Part shown: piece after piece, positions 61,732-64,000 of the stretch
Position numbering within the stretch: position 1 is the first letter of the stretch
Layout of the letters: each line of letters begins with the position of its first letter
DNA from: Mobula hypostoma
Taxonomy: Eukaryota
Direction of reading: 5' to 3'
DNA length: 64,000 bases
Assembly: GCF_963921235.1 (NCBI RefSeq)
Contig: NC_086097.1
Location: 113,772,001-113,836,000, forward strand
Program-made: the position numbers and the translations under genes
Notes under the pieces: generated by a model
Seen by the model: the letters and a program-made list of their open reading frames with translations, nothing else
Told to the model about the DNA's origin: nothing
The model's database searches: none

Positions 61732-63553
61732 CCAGGGTGACCAGGGATGGGAGCTCAACGTTCAGGGATATTCAATATTCAGGAGGGATAGACATGAAGG
61801 AAGGGGAGGTGGGGTGGCGTTGCTGGTTAAAGAAGAGATTAACGCATTAGAAAGGAAGGACATAAGCCGGGAAGATGTGGAATCGATATGGGTAGAGCAG
61901 CGTAACACTAAGGGGCAGAAGACGCTGGTGGGAGTTGTGTACAGGCCACCTAACAGTAGTAGTGAGGTCGGAGATGGTATTAAACAGGAAATTAGAAATG
62001 TGTGCAATAAAGGAACAGCAGTTATAATGGGTGACTTCAATCTACATGTAGACTGGGTGAACCAAATTGGTAAAGGTGCTGAGGAAGAGGATTTCTTGGA
62101 ATGTATGCAGGATGGTTTTTTGAACCAACGTGTCGAGGAACCAACTAGAGAGCAGGCTATTCTGGACTGGGTTTTGAGCAATGAGGAAGGGTTAATTAGC
62201 GATCTTGTCGTGAAAGGCCCCTTGGGTAAGAGTGACCATAATATGGTGGAATTCTTCATTAAGATGGAGAGTGACATAGTTAATTCAGAAACAAAGGTTC
62301 TGAACTTAAAGAGGGGTAACTTTGAAGGTATGAGACGTGAATTAGCTAAGATAGACTGGCAAATGACACTTAAAGGATTAACGGTGGATATGCAATGGCA
62401 AGCATTTAAAGGTTGCATGGATGAACTACAACAATTGTTCATCCCAGTTTGGCAAAAGAATAAATCAAGGAAGGTAGTGCACCCGTGGCTGACAAGAGAA
62501 ATTAGGGATAGTATCAATTCCAAAGAAGAAGCATACAAATTAGCCAGAGAAAGTGGCTCACCTGAGGACTGGGAGAAATTCAGAGTTCAGCAGAGGAGGA
62601 CAAAGGGCTTAATTAGGAAGGGGAAAAAAGATTATGAGAGAAAACTGGCAGGGAACATAAAAACAGACTGTAAAAGCGTTTATAGATATGTAAAAAAGAA
62701 AAGACTGGTAAAGACAAATTCATGGCAGAAGCAATTTAATGTGGATAAATGTGAAGTTATCCACTTTGGTGGCAAAAATAGGAAAACAGATTATTATCTG
62801 AATGGTGGTCGATTAGGAAAAGGGGAGGTGCAACGAGACCTGGGTGTCATTATACACCAGTCATTGAAAGTGGGCATGCAGGTACAGCAGGCAGTGAAAA
62901 AGGCGAATGGTATGCTGGCATTTATAGCAAGAGGATTCGAGTACAGGAGCAGGGAGGTACTACTGCAGTTGTACAAGGTCTTGGTGAGACCACACCTGGA
63001 GTATTGTGTGCAGTTTTGGTCCCCTAATCTGAGGAAAGACATCCTTGCCTTAGAGGGAGTACAAAGAAGGTTCACCAGATTGATTCCTGGGATGGCAGGA
63101 CTTTCATATGAAGAAAGACTGGATGAACTGGGCTTGTACTCGTTGGAATTTAGAAGATTGAGGGGGGATCTGTTTGAAACGTATAAGATCCTAAAGGGAT
63201 TGGACAGGCTAGATGCAGGAAGATTGTTCCTGATGTTGGGGAAGTCCAGAACGAGGGACCACAGTTTGAGGATAGAGGGGAAGCCTTTTAGGACCGAGAT
63301 TAGGAAAAACTTCTTCACACAGAGAGTGGTGAATCTATGGAATTCTCTGACACAGGAAACAGTTGAGGCCAGTTCATTGGCTATATTTAAGAGGGAGTTA
63401 GATATAGCCCTTGTGGCTATGGGGGTCAGGGGGTATGGAGGGAAGGCTGGGGCGGGGTTCTGAGTTGGATGATCAGCCATGATCATAATAAATGGCGGTG
63501 CAGGCTCGAAGGGCCGAATGGCCTACTCCTGCACCTATTTCCTATGTTTCTAT
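61732..63553 (+). mobile_element. CR1 sister copy, 5'-truncated, with a 966-bp in-frame deletion of the RT core
   Basis: Near-identical to 50913-51900 and 52867-53695, with junction KTN|SWQ and a ttcctatgtttctat tail. Confidence 0.93.
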
Positions 63554-63753
63554 TACATATCCTGTATTTATATTAGCTACTCAACCATCAGAATGCTCAA
63601 GCGTTTTTCCAACTACTCCATCAAGCTTCTGGTCAGAAGATGAAAGCGAAAACTAAATATCAAACAAGAAATGCTTTTGGTGAAATTATTGTGCCGCTCA
63701 GGCCAGACATGGAACTCTAGCAACCGTATTATGAACAAAAAAAAAAATTTCAC

Positions 63754-63916
63754 CATCTTTTTCCACCAACGTAAAGGGCTCAGAATCCCATCCATCTTCA
63801 ATTTGAGCAGGCTGAACATCCAGATGTCCATAGATGCATACGGTCTTCTTGGCTGGGTCATTGCCCAGTGTGGCCAATAGGATTGGTGGAAGCGGAATCT
63901 TTGTTCCATCAGGCAG
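63754..63916 (-). CDS. CNDP2: CNDP2 exon: [54 protein letters not shown](G); upstream exons lie outside the window
   Basis: 163 bp with AG/GT boundaries and the YGHLDVQPA metal-binding motif. Phase 1 joins the exon ending at 41932 across a 21.8-kb intron. Confidence 0.96.
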
Positions 63917-64000
63917 CTGATTTAAAATTTTAAAAAGTACATCAAGGTCAGTGACCAATTGTGAAATTTGTTGTGGAGAGAATTGTATTTGCATATAAAA

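Noticed and set aside
21994..63916. Calling the gene CNDP1
   Set aside because: Motifs such as [37 protein letters not shown] and [19 protein letters not shown] fit CNDP2 better. A phylogeny would confirm this.

Overview
Eukaryotic, vertebrate genomic DNA. The repeat landscape (CR1, Rex1/L2-like, Penelope-derived hairpins, Tc1) suggests a cartilaginous fish such as a ray; this is inference. The only host gene is CNDP2 (cytosolic non-specific dipeptidase, M20A family) on the minus strand. Nine coding exons with GT-AG junctions and continuous phase run from 63916 to the stop at 21994, and the 5' exons lie beyond the window. Most of the rest is transposable-element sequence. Positions 1-13026 form a four-level nest: an IR/DR Tc1 element is interrupted by an RNase H-bearing I/Nimb LINE, which is interrupted by a Gmr1-type Gypsy provirus (integrase before RT, SCAN-like Gag), whose LTR carries a Penelope-derived mini-insert. 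Next comes a heavily deleted ERV-like element split by a decayed CR1. CNDP2 introns hold a CR1 with an open 999-aa ORF2, a sister copy with an in-frame RT deletion, a Harbinger MITE carrying a solo LTR of the same Gypsy family, a mariner-derived foldback element, a second Tc1 and two back-to-back SINEs. Short TSD-flanked hairpin inserts, some with minimal hammerhead-ribozyme motifs, occur both inside and outside the gene. No CRISPR or prokaryotic system is present. The most interesting leads are the hammerhead-bearing hairpin family, an apparent ORF1/ORF2 module swap between CR1 lineages, and the nest chronology.
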